In this document: piece by piece, positions 1 through 11,176 of the stretch
Numbering within the stretch: the first letter of the stretch is position 1
How the letters are laid out: each line of letters begins with the position of its first letter
DNA from: Blepharisma stoltei ATCC 30299
Taxonomy: Eukaryota > Protista > Ciliophora
Direction: 5' to 3'
Length of the DNA stretch: 64,000 nucleotides
NCBI GenBank assembly: GCA_965603825.1
Contig: CBFDEM010000038.1
Coordinates: 310,001 to 374,000 of the forward strand
Made by a program: the position numbers and the translations under genes
Notes under the pieces: generated by a model
The model's input: only the letters and a program-made list of their open reading frames with translations
Told to the model about the DNA's origin: nothing
Databases searched by the model: none

Positions 1-415
1 TTCCATGACTTAGCTGTTGCTTCATTTCTCGACTATGCTTTTCTTCTTCCCTATTAAATTCCATCTTTTGTTGAATTCTTTGCCTCCTATCATCATGCCA
101 TTTCTTGAGCTCTTCTTGGGCTTTTCTTCTCTTTTCATCTTTTCTTGTCCTCTCTTTTTCATCTTTTAAGTACAATTTCCTATTAAAAGCTTGCTGCTCT
201 ACGTCCCTTTGCCTTTGTCTTTCGTTTTCTTCTTCATCTACTTCACTACTCATAGAGCTCCCAGATGGCTGAGCTGATTCTTCCACAAAGTCAGTGCTTA
301 AAAATGGGCCAGAAGTTGCTTGAGGTGGCTGCGCTATTTCCCCTGCTGTCGTTGTAGTAGCTGGCATAGAAAAGATATCGTCATTTATAGGAAACGAGTC
401 CAAAACTTCTGACAT
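1..415 (-). CDS. Clathrin light chain (3' end runs off the window)
   Basis: Not in ORF track. ATG at 415, open to position 1. Acidic low-complexity N-terminus, then RKLYLKDEKERTRKDEKRRKAQEELKKWHDDRRQRIQQKMEFNREEE, which matches the clathrin light chain central helix (RL.E.D...E.R.KA..EL..W...R.......NR..E). Confidence 0.7.
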   Translation of the reverse strand, partial: MSEVLDSFPINDDIFSMPATTTTAGEIAQPPQATSGPFLSTDFVEESAQPSGSSMSSEVDEEENERQRQRDVEQQAFNRKLYLKDEKERTRKDEKRRKAQEELKKWHDDRRQRIQQKMEFNREEEKHSREMKQQLSHG

Positions 416-438
416 ATTTTTATAATGAGCTAGCCTTA

Positions 439-1497
439 TTAAGCGATGTTAAGTAAATTCTTGGCATATTTCTTGACTCCAAGCATCCCACAGTCTTCAT
501 GGTTCACAATAAAGAAAGGACAGCTGTTAATAGCTGCTCTGATATGAGGAGGCTTAGCATATAGAGCCTCTTTGAAAATTTGGCTTCGGGCTATATTTTC
601 AGCATTTCTAGTAACCAGACCTCCAATTAAATAGAATCCGCCATAAGGCAAGGCTTTAGCGATTGCGTTTCCGCATTCGTATCCGAGCATTTGAAGCCAC
701 ATTTCTACTGATTTTTGGCATAGCTGGTCTCTTCCTGAAAATCCGTATTCCATGATTAGCTTCATTCTTTCTCCTGGACTGCTTTCAAATAGTCTGTCAA
801 ATTCTTCATTGATCAATTCAGGAAATTCTCTTCTCATAAATGGGTAAAGGTTATAGGCTCCAACTCCTGCAAGCACCAGCTCTTGGTTTGCTGCTTGGAC
901 TCCTTCAAATTGTGGGTACTCTTCGCCTTTTTGGCAGGCTCCTCTTACCCTTTCAAGCATATACATAGAGAACTTTCACTGCAGCTCAGTTTTAGGACCG
1001 AAGTCAGAATGTCCTCCTTCAGTGCCCCATGCATCATAATGCCGCCCATTTCACGTTAAAAAGCAAAATCCAAGACCAGTACCAGGTCCAATGACTACGA
1101 CTGGAGAATGCTCAACTGGCCTTACTTCTGGAATTAACTGAATGACTTGATCTGGCTTTAAATCTAAGACTCCGTAGCCAGCTGCTTGGAAATCGTTGAG
1201 AAACACAACTTTTTCAATTCCCACTTCATTAGTAATAGCGTCTGTTGTGCATGGAGGCCAACCAGTATTGACAAAAGTAACACTGTTGCCTTTAATAGGC
1301 CCTGCAATTGCAAAAACTCCAATGCTTGGAGTTGGCTGACCAGCAAGAAAAGCTTTAATTACTGGAATAAACTCTTCAAAGCTGTGAGAACTTATGCTTT
1401 CTAAAGGCTTCAAAACTGTGCATTCTCCATTTTCGAAGGAGAGCAACTCAAAGCGAGAGTTAGTTCCTCCTATATCAGCTACCAAAACAATCGACAT
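439..1497 (-). CDS. GLK: Glucokinase, bacterial Glk-type (352 aa)
   Basis: Joins track ORFs 1051..1497 and 439..966 through in-frame TGA at 1051-1053 and 976-978. Motifs ADIGGTNSR, LNDF, GPGTGLG and EGGH (EGGH lies between the two TGAs). Ends TAA. Confidence 0.9.
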
Positions 1498-1610
1498 TAA
1501 ATTTAATGGCTATTTAATTGAGACAACAATGACAAGAATTTTTAATTAATGTGTATAGAATAATGAAGCATTTTTTAATATAAATCTTTCAATAGTTAAT
1601 ATTCATTTCT

Positions 1611-3089
1611 ATGAAATTTGCGACGAGGCTTATCAATAAATTCAAAGTGAATAACCCAGTTCTCTTAGAAGAGCCTTCAGCACCGCTTATGTCTACTTCA
1701 ATTCCTGGACCAAAAGGAGCCGAACTACTAGCCAAGCAGAGTCAATTTTCTCAAGATTACAGAACAGTAATGAAGAATTAGATCAAATTTTACGTGGATT
1801 ACAACAAGTCTATAGGAAACTACGTTGTAGATGTTGATGGAAATATTATTCTTGACACTTATTGCCACATTGCTTCTCTCCCTCTTGGGTATAATCATCC
1901 AGATATGATTTATGTAATTCATATTTAGAACACCTACTCCGGGGAATACCAAAAATTCTTAGCCCAAAGGCAGTCTGCAGATGTCCCAGATATTCATTGG
2001 CCAAGGATGGTGAGAGATATTTTATTGCCTCTTGCCCCAAAAAATCTTAATGAAGTCATTGTAAACTGTGGCTGTGGGTCGAACTCAAACGAAGAAGCAT
2101 TCAAGATGGCGTTTGCTTACTATATGAAAAATAAAAGAGGCAGAGAGCCAAGTGACCAAGATATTGAGAAAGCCATGAACAACCAAGGAGAAGAATTAAC
2201 AATCCTTTCTTTTACTGGCGGCTTCCATGGAGGAAATATGTCATGCCAAACAACTACTCATACAAAACCTATATACAAAATTGGGCAGCCAAAATTGGAT
2301 TGGCCGAAGGCTCCATTTCCAGACATCAAGCGTCCTTATCATCTGAACGAAAGCCATAACATTAAAGAAGAACAAAAATGCCTAGCGGAGGTTGAAAAGG
2401 TTTTTAAGTCTGCTAAAAAGCCAATTGCTGGAGTTATTATTGAGCCAGTTATGGCTGAAGGAGGAGATAAATCAGCTTCTCCAAATTTTTATATAGGAGT
2501 CCAAGAGTTAGCTCATAAGTATGGAGCTCTATTGATTGTTGATGAAGTACAAACAGGCGGAGGATCTACAGGAAGGTTTTGGGCCCATGAGCATTGGGGT
2601 GAAAGAGCTGACCCAGACATAGTGGCCTTTGCAAAGAAACTCCAAGTTTCTGGACTGTTCTATAAGCCGCATTTGAGACCTGCAAGGGCTTATGCCTTAT
2701 ACAATTCTACAAGAGGTGATCCTATAAGGCTGCTGAATTTGAGAAAAATTAGGGAAGTGATGGATAATGATAATTTGCTGAGGCAAACAGAAAGGGTTGG
2801 CATGATGCTAAAAAATTCTTTAAATGCTTTGTCACCAAAATACCCAATAAACAATGTGAGAGGATATGGAACTTTTTTGGCTTATGATTTCGAAAGTCCT
2901 GAATGGGCTAATGCTTATGTAAGAGAAATGCTTAAGTTAGGAGTTAATGTTGGCCTTTGTGGAAGTCAAGGTATCAGAGTTAGACCAAGCTTAATATTTA
3001 AGCCGAAGCATGCCGAGCTATATTTAGATCGAGTAGAATTTGCATTAAACCAAATCCTGTCTAAAGGATTCAATTTAGCTAAAGCTTAG
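1611..3089 (+). CDS. ABAT: 4-aminobutyrate (GABA) aminotransferase, class III PLP enzyme, probable mitochondrial presequence
   Basis: ATG 1611; two 15-nt introns (1767-1781, 1914-1928). Spliced N-terminus gives EPSAP..TSIPGP, KSIGNYVVDVDGN, SLPLGYNHP; downstream FHG, IIEPV.AEGGD, DEVQTGGG.TG, FAKK. Ends TAG. Confidence 0.93.
1767..1781 (+). other. 15-nt spliceosomal intron (GTAATGAAGAATTAG)
   Basis: Contains an in-frame TAG; removal restores the conserved GABA-T N-terminus. Confidence 0.9.
1914..1928 (+). other. 15-nt spliceosomal intron (GTAATTCATATTTAG)
   Basis: In-frame TAG shortly after GYNHP; removal joins to ORF 2007..3089. Confidence 0.9.
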
Positions 3090-3301
3090 CCTCTTTATTA
3101 AAAATATCTCCAGAATAATTATTTATAAACTATTAGTTGACTGAGATTATATCGAGTCAAATATATAATTAAATCTCAAAATAATTTCCTTATCTCTTAA
3201 TTTCATCAATATCTTACTATCCTTAATGAAAATTTCTAAAATGTCTAAATTTCTCAACCTTCAAGCAATTTCATATATTTAAATAAATTATAATACCGCC
3301 A

Positions 3302-3670
3302 ATGTCAAAATTTGTCAAAGAAATTGAAGAAGCACCCAAAACAAAAATCATCGAACGCTATCCTCCTGGAGTCCGCGCTCTTAAAGAAATACGAAAATAT
3401 CAGCATTCAACTGACCTCCTTATAAGCAAACCTGGATTTGCCAGACTAGTTAAAAGTATCTCTTATAATGTAACCAAAGACGACTCAATTAAATGGAGTA
3501 AACTTGGAATCGAAGCTTTACAACATACCGCTGAAGACTTCTTAGTTGGCCTTTTTGAAGATTCAAATCTCTGTGCCCTACACGCAAAAAGGGTTACTTT
3601 ATTAGTCAAAGACATGCAACTCGCGAGAAGAATCCGTGGGAGATTTGAAAAAATTGTTAATAGAACTTAA
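3302..3670 (+). CDS. Divergent histone H3 variant, CenH3/CENP-A-like
   Basis: H3 histone fold ([41 protein letters not shown]) with Q68>A, F84>W, T107>S, a 2-aa longer loop 1 and no canonical ARTKQTARKS tail. Confidence 0.8.
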   Translation: MSKFVKEIEEAPKTKIIERYPPGVRALKEIRKYQHSTDLLISKPGFARLVKSISYNVTKDDSIKWSKLGIEALQHTAEDFLVGLFEDSNLCALHAKRVTLLVKDMQLARRIRGRFEKIVNRT

Positions 3671-3695
3671 ATTATTTATGGGAAAAGATAATCTG

Positions 3696-4772
3696 TTAGC
3701 TTAAGATTAGATACAACATGAATGATGCCAACAAAGGTAAATGACCTTTGCTCCAGGAATCCATCTTGTAGGAAGGATTATATAGTTTAAGGGCTTCTGA
3801 GCAGTTGTCAATTGCACCAGAATGATAAAGAGCCCAGTCTGAAAAAATCGTCATCATTTCGTTATAGTAATTTTTTCCATCATCACTCACAGCATTACAG
3901 AAATAAAGAGTATCAATATCAATTGAGCTTCCATCATCTCCAGAGCAGCTTGAGTCAGAGTATTGAAACTTTGGCCAAAAAACGTCAGAAATACCTCGGA
4001 CTGGCCCTAGCGAAGGGTTGCAGAAACCTATATTTGACCCAACCCCAGCACATTGGCAAGGGGCGGTTGTATCTGTTGTGTTGTCAGAATCCCATTTATA
4101 AGTGCATGTACTCGGAACAGTGCAGTAAAAAGGTTCTTCTAATTTTACGTTGTCGACATATATGCTGACCCTATCACATTTCCCATTTCTCACATAGTTT
4201 GATTTGCAATATTTCGCTTCATTTGAAGCTTTTCCAAAACCTAACGAAAAAAAAGATATACAGGTGTAAGTGTATTGGTTGCATCCAATACCTACTGCAC
4301 ATTGGCTTGAAGCCAGGCATGGCGTTCCAGTTACAAGTGATTGAACACATAGGTTATTTGAAGAGCAGTAGTAGCTTGGCTCACAATGGTCATCTATCTT
4401 GCAGTAATGCCCTACTTTTATGCTTTTGCAATGCCCATCATTACACTTTTTGCTAAAGCAATCATCATTACTGCAGCATTCATTATAAGTCACAAGTTCA
4501 TGATTGCCTGTACAGTTGCTTTCTTTTGTTTCAGGGACATCTTCACTACAGCTGGAATCTTTCCAGGAGTTCCAGTCACCAAATTGTGCAAGATTGCTGC
4601 AAGTGTAATTTGTTGGGCATGCTTTGACCTGTATTGTTTCTCCGTCTTGATGAACACATACGTTTTCTGATAAAGAATCACTGCAGCTTACTACCTTACA
4701 TGGGGCGTCCGTGTCAATTTCTAAAGACAATTTAAGTAGGCATGAAGCGATTAAATAGAGCAATTTGGTCAT
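3696..4772 (-). CDS. Cysteine-rich secreted/surface protein with possible GPI signal
   Basis: Signal peptide, many Cys in G..C....C...C...C repeats, hydrophobic C-terminus (LPLLASFMLYLILS). Same layout as 11177..12232. Confidence 0.75.
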   Translation of the reverse strand: MTKLLYLIASCLLKLSLEIDTDAPCKVVSCSDSLSENVCVHQDGETIQVKACPTNYTCSNLAQFGDWNSWKDSSCSEDVPETKESNCTGNHELVTYNECCSNDDCFSKKCNDGHCKSIKVGHYCKIDDHCEPSYYCSSNNLCVQSLVTGTPCLASSQCAVGIGCNQYTYTCISFFSLGFGKASNEAKYCKSNYVRNGKCDRVSIYVDNVKLEEPFYCTVPSTCTYKWDSDNTTDTTAPCQCAGVGSNIGFCNPSLGPVRGISDVFWPKFQYSDSSCSGDDGSSIDIDTLYFCNAVSDDGKNYYNEMMTIFSDWALYHSGAIDNCSEALKLYNPSYKMDSWSKGHLPLLASFMLYLILS

Positions 4773-4863
4773 TTATGAAACTTGTAGTCAATATGATAAA
4801 ATTGTTAAAAATATAAATGAGTTGATATTTTTATTTATGGATCCAATAATTCTTATTAAAGAA

Positions 4864-5823
4864 TTAAGCACTTGCTAATCTATTTAATAATGAGTTTGCT
4901 TTATTCGGAGCAGGAGGAGAGAAAATAGGCGTAAAGCTTGAATTTTCATAGCTAAAACATAATGAATCGATTCGACTTAAGAGATCAGAGGACTCAAAAG
5001 TCGCAGATCGGAGCTTTTCTCCATCTTTTTCATTTTTAATAGCTTTTTTTTTAATGCCAGCGTTTTTTTCCTTGGATCTGCCAAGCTTTTTAAGCGATTC
5101 TTTGCATTTTCGATTTTTTTCCACCTTAGTTTCTTCATTTTTAACTTGGCTTTGTGTATTAGCAGTATCTCGGACTGAACTATAAGGAGGAGACAGTGAT
5201 AAAATTTCGTCAACGTAAAAATTGTAATCTATTATCGGCTTGCTTTTGGGAGCCAAGATTGACGAACCTAGCTCTCTTAATTTTGCATTAATTTCTTTCG
5301 GCGTGACTTCTAGCTGATTCTCATATATTGTTTGGAAACTCAAAAAATTTTGGGTGAAATTTTCAATTTTCTGGCTTAAAAATGCTTCGTAGGGTTTTAT
5401 ATCGTCGTTTAAGAAGGATTTTGCAGCAAATGCTGAATAGCATATGAGATAATTAAAAGATAGTTTGGCATCAGTCCAGCCAATTTTATCCAGATAGAGT
5501 GCTCACAATGCAGTTTCTATTTCATTGAAAGCAAAATCTTGCATAGTGCCTATCAAATATCTAAGAAGCGGCTCTGCTCTGTAGTCGCCTGGAATTTCTT
5601 TTATTTGCAAAAATCTTCTCAATATCAACTCGCTTGTTTGAGTATTCCCAAAATACATAAAATCTTGATGGATATTATCATAACGATTTAGTAAAACCCT
5701 TAGCTCTTCATTTTCTTTAATCCCTGAATATGCCTCATCTTCTTTCTTAGTTTTCACTAAAGAGCTTTTTAAAAGGCAGCTAGTGAGTTTTAAAGAATCT
5801 CTATTAATTTCATCAGAAAACAT
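4864..5823 (-). CDS. Uncharacterised protein with a divergent cyclin-box-like region (319 aa)
   Basis: Joins 5503..5823 and 4864..5343 through TGA 5503-5505. Region NEIETALWALYLDKI...SAFAAKSFLNDDIKPYE...EINAKL...DYNFYVDEI aligns by eye with 40506..41258. Confidence 0.7.
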
Positions 5824-6166
5824 TTATTATAAACACCTGATTAATACTGTTAAACGCAGAACTTTTAAGTAAGAAAAATTATAAATCAATGTCAGTGAAG
5901 ACACCACTTGTTATTAATAAATTTACTCTTATTTTTTTAATTCAATTTTTAAAACAATAAACACAAGAAACTTGTAGAAACAATTTTCTGAATCAAACTC
6001 GGCAATTTAGATACTATTAATATAAAAATAGGTTTTAATATAATTGGAGGCTGAATTTTAAATTTAATTCTCAGATAAGCATAATTTTATTGGAAAATTC
6101 AAGAATAAATAAAAAGGTCAATGATAATTAAACGCCTTAAATTTAACAATATTATAATAAGCAAAG

Positions 6167-8779
6167 CTAAATTATATTGCATATCGATTTCGATGAAGCT
6201 TTTATAGGAACAATATGTGCATCAAAATATGGGAAATTCAATGGAAGCTGGGAACTTAAATTCGAAACAATTCGCTTTATTGAGTCCGCATTGCTTTTCA
6301 TAAAAGGGAAAATTTTGGTTTTCTCCGCATAATATTTTATCCACTCCTCAATTTCTTTCATTAGTTGACATATTCTTGCTTGCGAAACGGCTGGATATGA
6401 TTTTGGGTCACACATGAAATGGTTGAATTTTAATTGAACTCTGATATGCTTGCCTTTCACCCTTACAAGAGGCCGAATTTCTCGGATTGGCTCACATTCT
6501 ACATATAAATGCAAGTTAAAACCGTTATAAGTAAAATAAACATAATAGCTTGAAGTAATCCCAATCCCTACAACATCTTTGGACCCAAATCTAGGCCCAT
6601 GCTCAATCACTTCACCATCCATAAGTATATCTCCAGTATCTCCACAATACTCAACCCCAGTTCCTTCTAGCCCAACTTTTATATTCCCTGTAAGCCCTGC
6701 CCTTTGCACATATACTTCATAATAAAAAATAGTGACAGGCCTAATATCATCATTAAACACATTTATTTCAGCCACACTTGTAATACTTATTTCTTTAGAC
6801 TCTTTTTCCGTATGATAAATATGGTTTTCATGTTCCACTCCTCCTGTCGCAAACAGCTCAATTTGTTTTTCTTCCCTTAAATCACTTAATACAGCTGATG
6901 TAAATGCTGAGGGATGCGCACTCGCACAAGCACAAGTTGCTTTAGGGTTTAATGTGTATATCAAAAACTGCAAACTATGGCTTTGAGAACTAGAATGAAA
7001 TCTTGAACATGCTGGGCAAAAGTTCATATTGCAGCGGGTGCATTTTGTGAGAAATGGAATAGTATTATATGAATGAGATTTAGTGAAAAGCTTGCAGCAT
7101 TCCCCACTACGATTGATTTCATGCTCATGCTTGCATTTGAATAAAACCTCATATATGATTTCTAAAGCAATGCTTAAAGATTCATTAAATTCTTGGCTGA
7201 CTGTGCTCGTTTTGACCATACGGCTCATGAGTTCTTGGATTTGATCTAATATAATTTCAGGACGCTGCCTTTTGAAATGGATAGGAATTGCAGAAAGGGC
7301 AAGGATTTCCTCGAAATCGTTCCCAATAACACGGTAATCTCGGAATATTTTTATTCTCTTGATGTTTGCTCTGCCACAGAAAGGCAGCATGACAGTTAAA
7401 TCAGATGATTCGTTGAGATATCGAGGATAAAGGAGGTCGTTGATGATTCTCTTTTGTTTTGCTATAATTAAAGCAGTTAGTGTATTGTTTTTGCATAGCA
7501 GAGATAAGTACCTGATAATTTCTTTTCTTAACTTGGCGTTTGTAAAGTCAAGCTTAATATAAAATAGTCTATATAGTCCTAAAGGCCCTGACTCAGCCCT
7601 AATCCAAGCGTTATTTTTCATTAGCTCATTTAAGGCTACCAGTGCATTTACTAAAAATTCTTTATTTTCTTCATAAAATTTGTAGTGAGTTGCAACTTTA
7701 ATAACAGTCCTTGTAACATCAAAACAGTTAGGCATTGTACTCAAAATTTTAGGAACTCCGCAATCTTTTGCAAAAAGCTGCTCAAAGCCTCTTTTCCTTA
7801 TATGTTTATCTTTAAAATAAAAACTAGATATCAGTGCTTTCGAATCAAGCTCGCTCAAATCTAAAGAATCCCTCTCAGTCTCTTTAAATAGATAAAGCCA
7901 CGTTTTGAAGAGTCTTGAAAACAAGTGATCGACTGCTTTCATTGTATATGTTCTATCAGTTACAAGTTCAGCTATAAACTCACTGAGAGATGGGATATAG
8001 TTTTCAGCGAGGATCATTTTGGTCACTTCGTCTTTATCTGATGTCATAAAATGAGGCATTTCGTCCATTACTGTCCTGGTAACTGCTGCATATAAGCAGA
8101 CGCCAACTCCTCATAAGTCTACAATGTTTTTATCATCAAATGGAAAGATGTCAGGATTTAAAGGAAAAGCGGTGCTTAAAGACCTAGCATTTATCATATC
8201 AAGCTTTAAATCAATTCCATAGCCATTCAGTGTATAAACTGGCCTGATAGGACTTTGCGAAATTTCAATATAAAGATTGTCAGGAGAGATATTCCCAATT
8301 ACCATGCCCATTCTTCTTGCGCTGGCAACTTGGCTTATTAACTCTTCTGCAGCTCTTATTATGACTTCCTGGCACAAATTAGAAGTTTCTCTAATAACTT
8401 TAGGAATCTCCACATTATTTTTATGAACTAAAAATTCATCAAGACTCATTGAATTCTTCAATTCTGTCATCAAATAAAATTTATCAAGTTCTCTAGCACA
8501 AGTTTTAGCTACGCCAGAGAGATAATGTACGAGGGTTGCCATTTCGAAATATCTTTTCTCATATATTTGTGCTTCTATGCTTGAAGAAGTGATCACTTGT
8601 ATATCAAATTCAGTTCCTTTTTCATTTACTCCAAGGAATTGGGTTTCATTTATTTGTTTTTCTATTCAAAAATGTTCATGGCTGAGGCTTAAATGATATG
8701 GCTGTGATAGAGGGAGGTAAGCTCTCTTTTTAAGCTCATAAACTGCATCAAAGTAATTCAATATAGAAACGCTATCCAT
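6167..8779 (-). CDS. Pseudokinase + helical (ARM/HEAT-like) + UBR-type zinc finger + SPRY protein (870 aa)
   Basis: ATG 8779, one frame through two TGAs (near 8666 and 8111-8113). GNISPDNLYI is a degenerate catalytic loop and DLWGVGVCLY is subdomain IX; C-rich KCTRCNMNFCPACSRFH..H..CAC; SPRY-like FYYEVYV...VGL...GPRFGSKDVVGIG...VYFTYNG. Confidence 0.75.
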
Positions 8780-8816
8780 TTAATACAAATTACATTATTC
8801 TAAAGAAAATAGTTAT

Positions 8817-9707
8817 TTATTTCTGCAGAGGGATTCCTTTGTATTTTCTCTTGAAAACCAATGACTTGATCCACAGCAAAGAGTATCCAATGAGAATTGC
8901 TGGAATCCAGCCAGCCATCAGATCTGAAGCTGTGTTGCCGTTATTGTCTGCTTCATCTGCGCATAGGAAAAGCCAGGCTTGCCCGCACAAAAGTCCTACT
9001 TTCAAGCTTGCTATATGAAGCTCATTATAGCACTCAAAAATAACTATATAAGCTATCAAGACGCAAGTAAGTAGAATTCCTACCCAAGGCAGCCTAATAG
9101 GAGCTAGTAAATAAATAATTCCGACTAATAATATTCTATCGAATCCAAAGAAATAGCATTCATCTCCCCAACGCTTTTCTACTCCGTTTCTCTCTGATTT
9201 CAGTGCTGGTAGCACAACAGCAGATATAAAGAAAGCGAATGAAGAAAACACAAACCCAACCTCTATCAATGCCATTTGTTTTTTGCCCCAGCAACTAACA
9301 GAGTGATAAGAATCAATGTCATGGGAATTGCAATACTGGACTTCAGCCAAAGCCCCAATCATAGGGACAAAGCCTATTCCATAAATTATGTACTCCACAA
9401 ACCAAATGAGATACCTTAAAGGAGACTCCGATTTATTTGCTTCATGAATTTTTTTGCTGAAAGCAATGTAAATTGCAAAAGTGAGGAACGACACTATGCA
9501 GCTGATTATATAAATTGCAAAAAATGAATCACCTGTAAAACGAAGGGCAATGGATTTGAGGCCGTCAAATGCAGATCTTGCTGAAGAGTTTCAGTCGTCT
9601 GCATCAGGTTTTGTTGCTTTTTTGATATATGACATAAGTTGAAGGTGCTCAAATAGCATGATTGCTGAGACACCTGCCAAACAAAGGTATCGTAAGCCTT
9701 TGCTCAT
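8817..9707 (-). CDS. Multi-pass membrane protein of unknown function (296 aa)
   Basis: ATG 9707, in-frame TGA 9591-9593, continues into track ORF 8817..9494; about 7-8 hydrophobic segments; ends TAA. Confidence 0.75.
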
Positions 9708-9899
9708 ATTTTAATTAATTGGTGACTTAATTTTGTTGCTTTAAATTAAAATAAACAATATGAATATGAAAATAATTATAAATCAGCATAAGCCCAAAAA
9801 GTTTGAAAATCCTAGTTTTGGTCCTCAGTTTGCCTAAATTTTTAATTAGGTCTGCAGATAATTCAGAAAAATTTTCTGAGAACAATTTATATTTGTAAT

Positions 9900-10202
9900 A
9901 TGAACAGAGATATATTGTACGATCTAACTGAAAATGACTTAAAACAAAATGAACAGAGGCTTCTTCTTGCAGTTGAAGAGCTAAATGACTTACTATTCGA
10001 CTTGGAGCAAGAGAAACAAGAACTAATAAGCACAAGAGACATGCTGATGGAAACCTTAAAAGAAATAGAACCGAAGCCAGAAAATATCATGAATAAAGTC
10101 AAAAATTTAGCAATGGGGGTATGGAATAATCTGGTTGATGGGAAAAGTGTTCACAGCCAAGATAGAGAAGAATGGGAAAAGATCATGAAAGAAATGGGAT
10201 AG
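9900..10202 (+). CDS. Small acidic coiled-coil protein (100 aa)
   Basis: ATG after AT-rich leader, heptad-like E/L/K content, TAG stop. Confidence 0.65.
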   Translation: MNRDILYDLTENDLKQNEQRLLLAVEELNDLLFDLEQEKQELISTRDMLMETLKEIEPKPENIMNKVKNLAMGVWNNLVDGKSVHSQDREEWEKIMKEMG

Positions 10203-10226
10203 TTAGTTATCATTAATTCTAATAAA

Positions 10227-11078
10227 ATGAGTCAGGATATTTTTAAAGTTGATGAAAACGGCCATGGACATCAAGATTCTTTGAGGGGAAGCTCAAAGGA
10301 AATAGAAGAAAGGTCAAACAGTCGCAGTTCTCATGTATCTATAGAAAATGGGGATCAGAACCATGAAGATGTGAATGTGGAATTTGAGCCTGACCAAGAA
10401 GAAATTGCTAAAATAACCAGAAAAAGTGAAATGGACCCAAATTATATCCTTCATATGGTTCCGCTATACTGCTGATGATATGGAGTACTGTTTTTGCTTT
10501 TTATTACTATGTGTCTTATTCTGGGATGCATGGGAACTTCAAGGTGGATTTATCAAGGAAAAGATGACACAAAATGGAGAGGAGGAATGCTTAAATGTGG
10601 AGGGTGCAGTGGTCCTTGGGAAGATAATTATTATTCGACTATTGCAACTGAGTGCTGCGATGATAACGATTATACAGGATTCTGTACAACTTTTAAGCAT
10701 TTAAGAGATGCTGGAATCGGATTTGCAGTATTTGAAGCTGTGACATTGGCTCTCTTAACTTGTTGACTACTGAAGGTTTACATACTTATTAGGGGCTTTT
10801 ATTTTCTAAGTGATAAAGTCTCAATAATTATAGCATCTTCCACACTTGCTTCCCACACAATTGCTCTTGGGATATGATACGGAGTAACAGAAGCTGGATT
10901 TAGTAGCTGCGATGATATTACTACAATAGCAGATGATTATGACATTTGTGCAAGTCATGGACCGATTCTGATTATAGTGAATGAGCTTCTTTTTGCTATT
11001 ATTCTTGGAATATTTATTCTTTTGCTCAAAAAAAGATATCAAGCTAAAGAAATTAAAAGAGACATCGAGCTTACATAA
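10227..11078 (+). CDS. Four-TM claudin/PMP22/amastin-like membrane protein (283 aa)
   Basis: Single frame through 4 TGAs (including tandem TGA TGA at 10473-10478) to TAA 11076-11078. TM1 is followed by W..(G)..W.GGML.C..C, resembling the claudin W-GLW-C-C signature; three further TM helices. Confidence 0.7.
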
Positions 11079-11176
11079 AACCCAAAAATTATAATATTTT
11101 ACTACACTAAACCATTTTAAGCATTCACACTCATTTAAGTAAATTCGTCTAAAGTAATTTCTAAACAATAAGAAAT

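Noticed and set aside
3241-3282. Short upstream ORF starting MSKF, like the histone variant start 61 bp later
   Set aside because: 13 codons, out of frame, no intron linking it; likely chance in AT-rich DNA.
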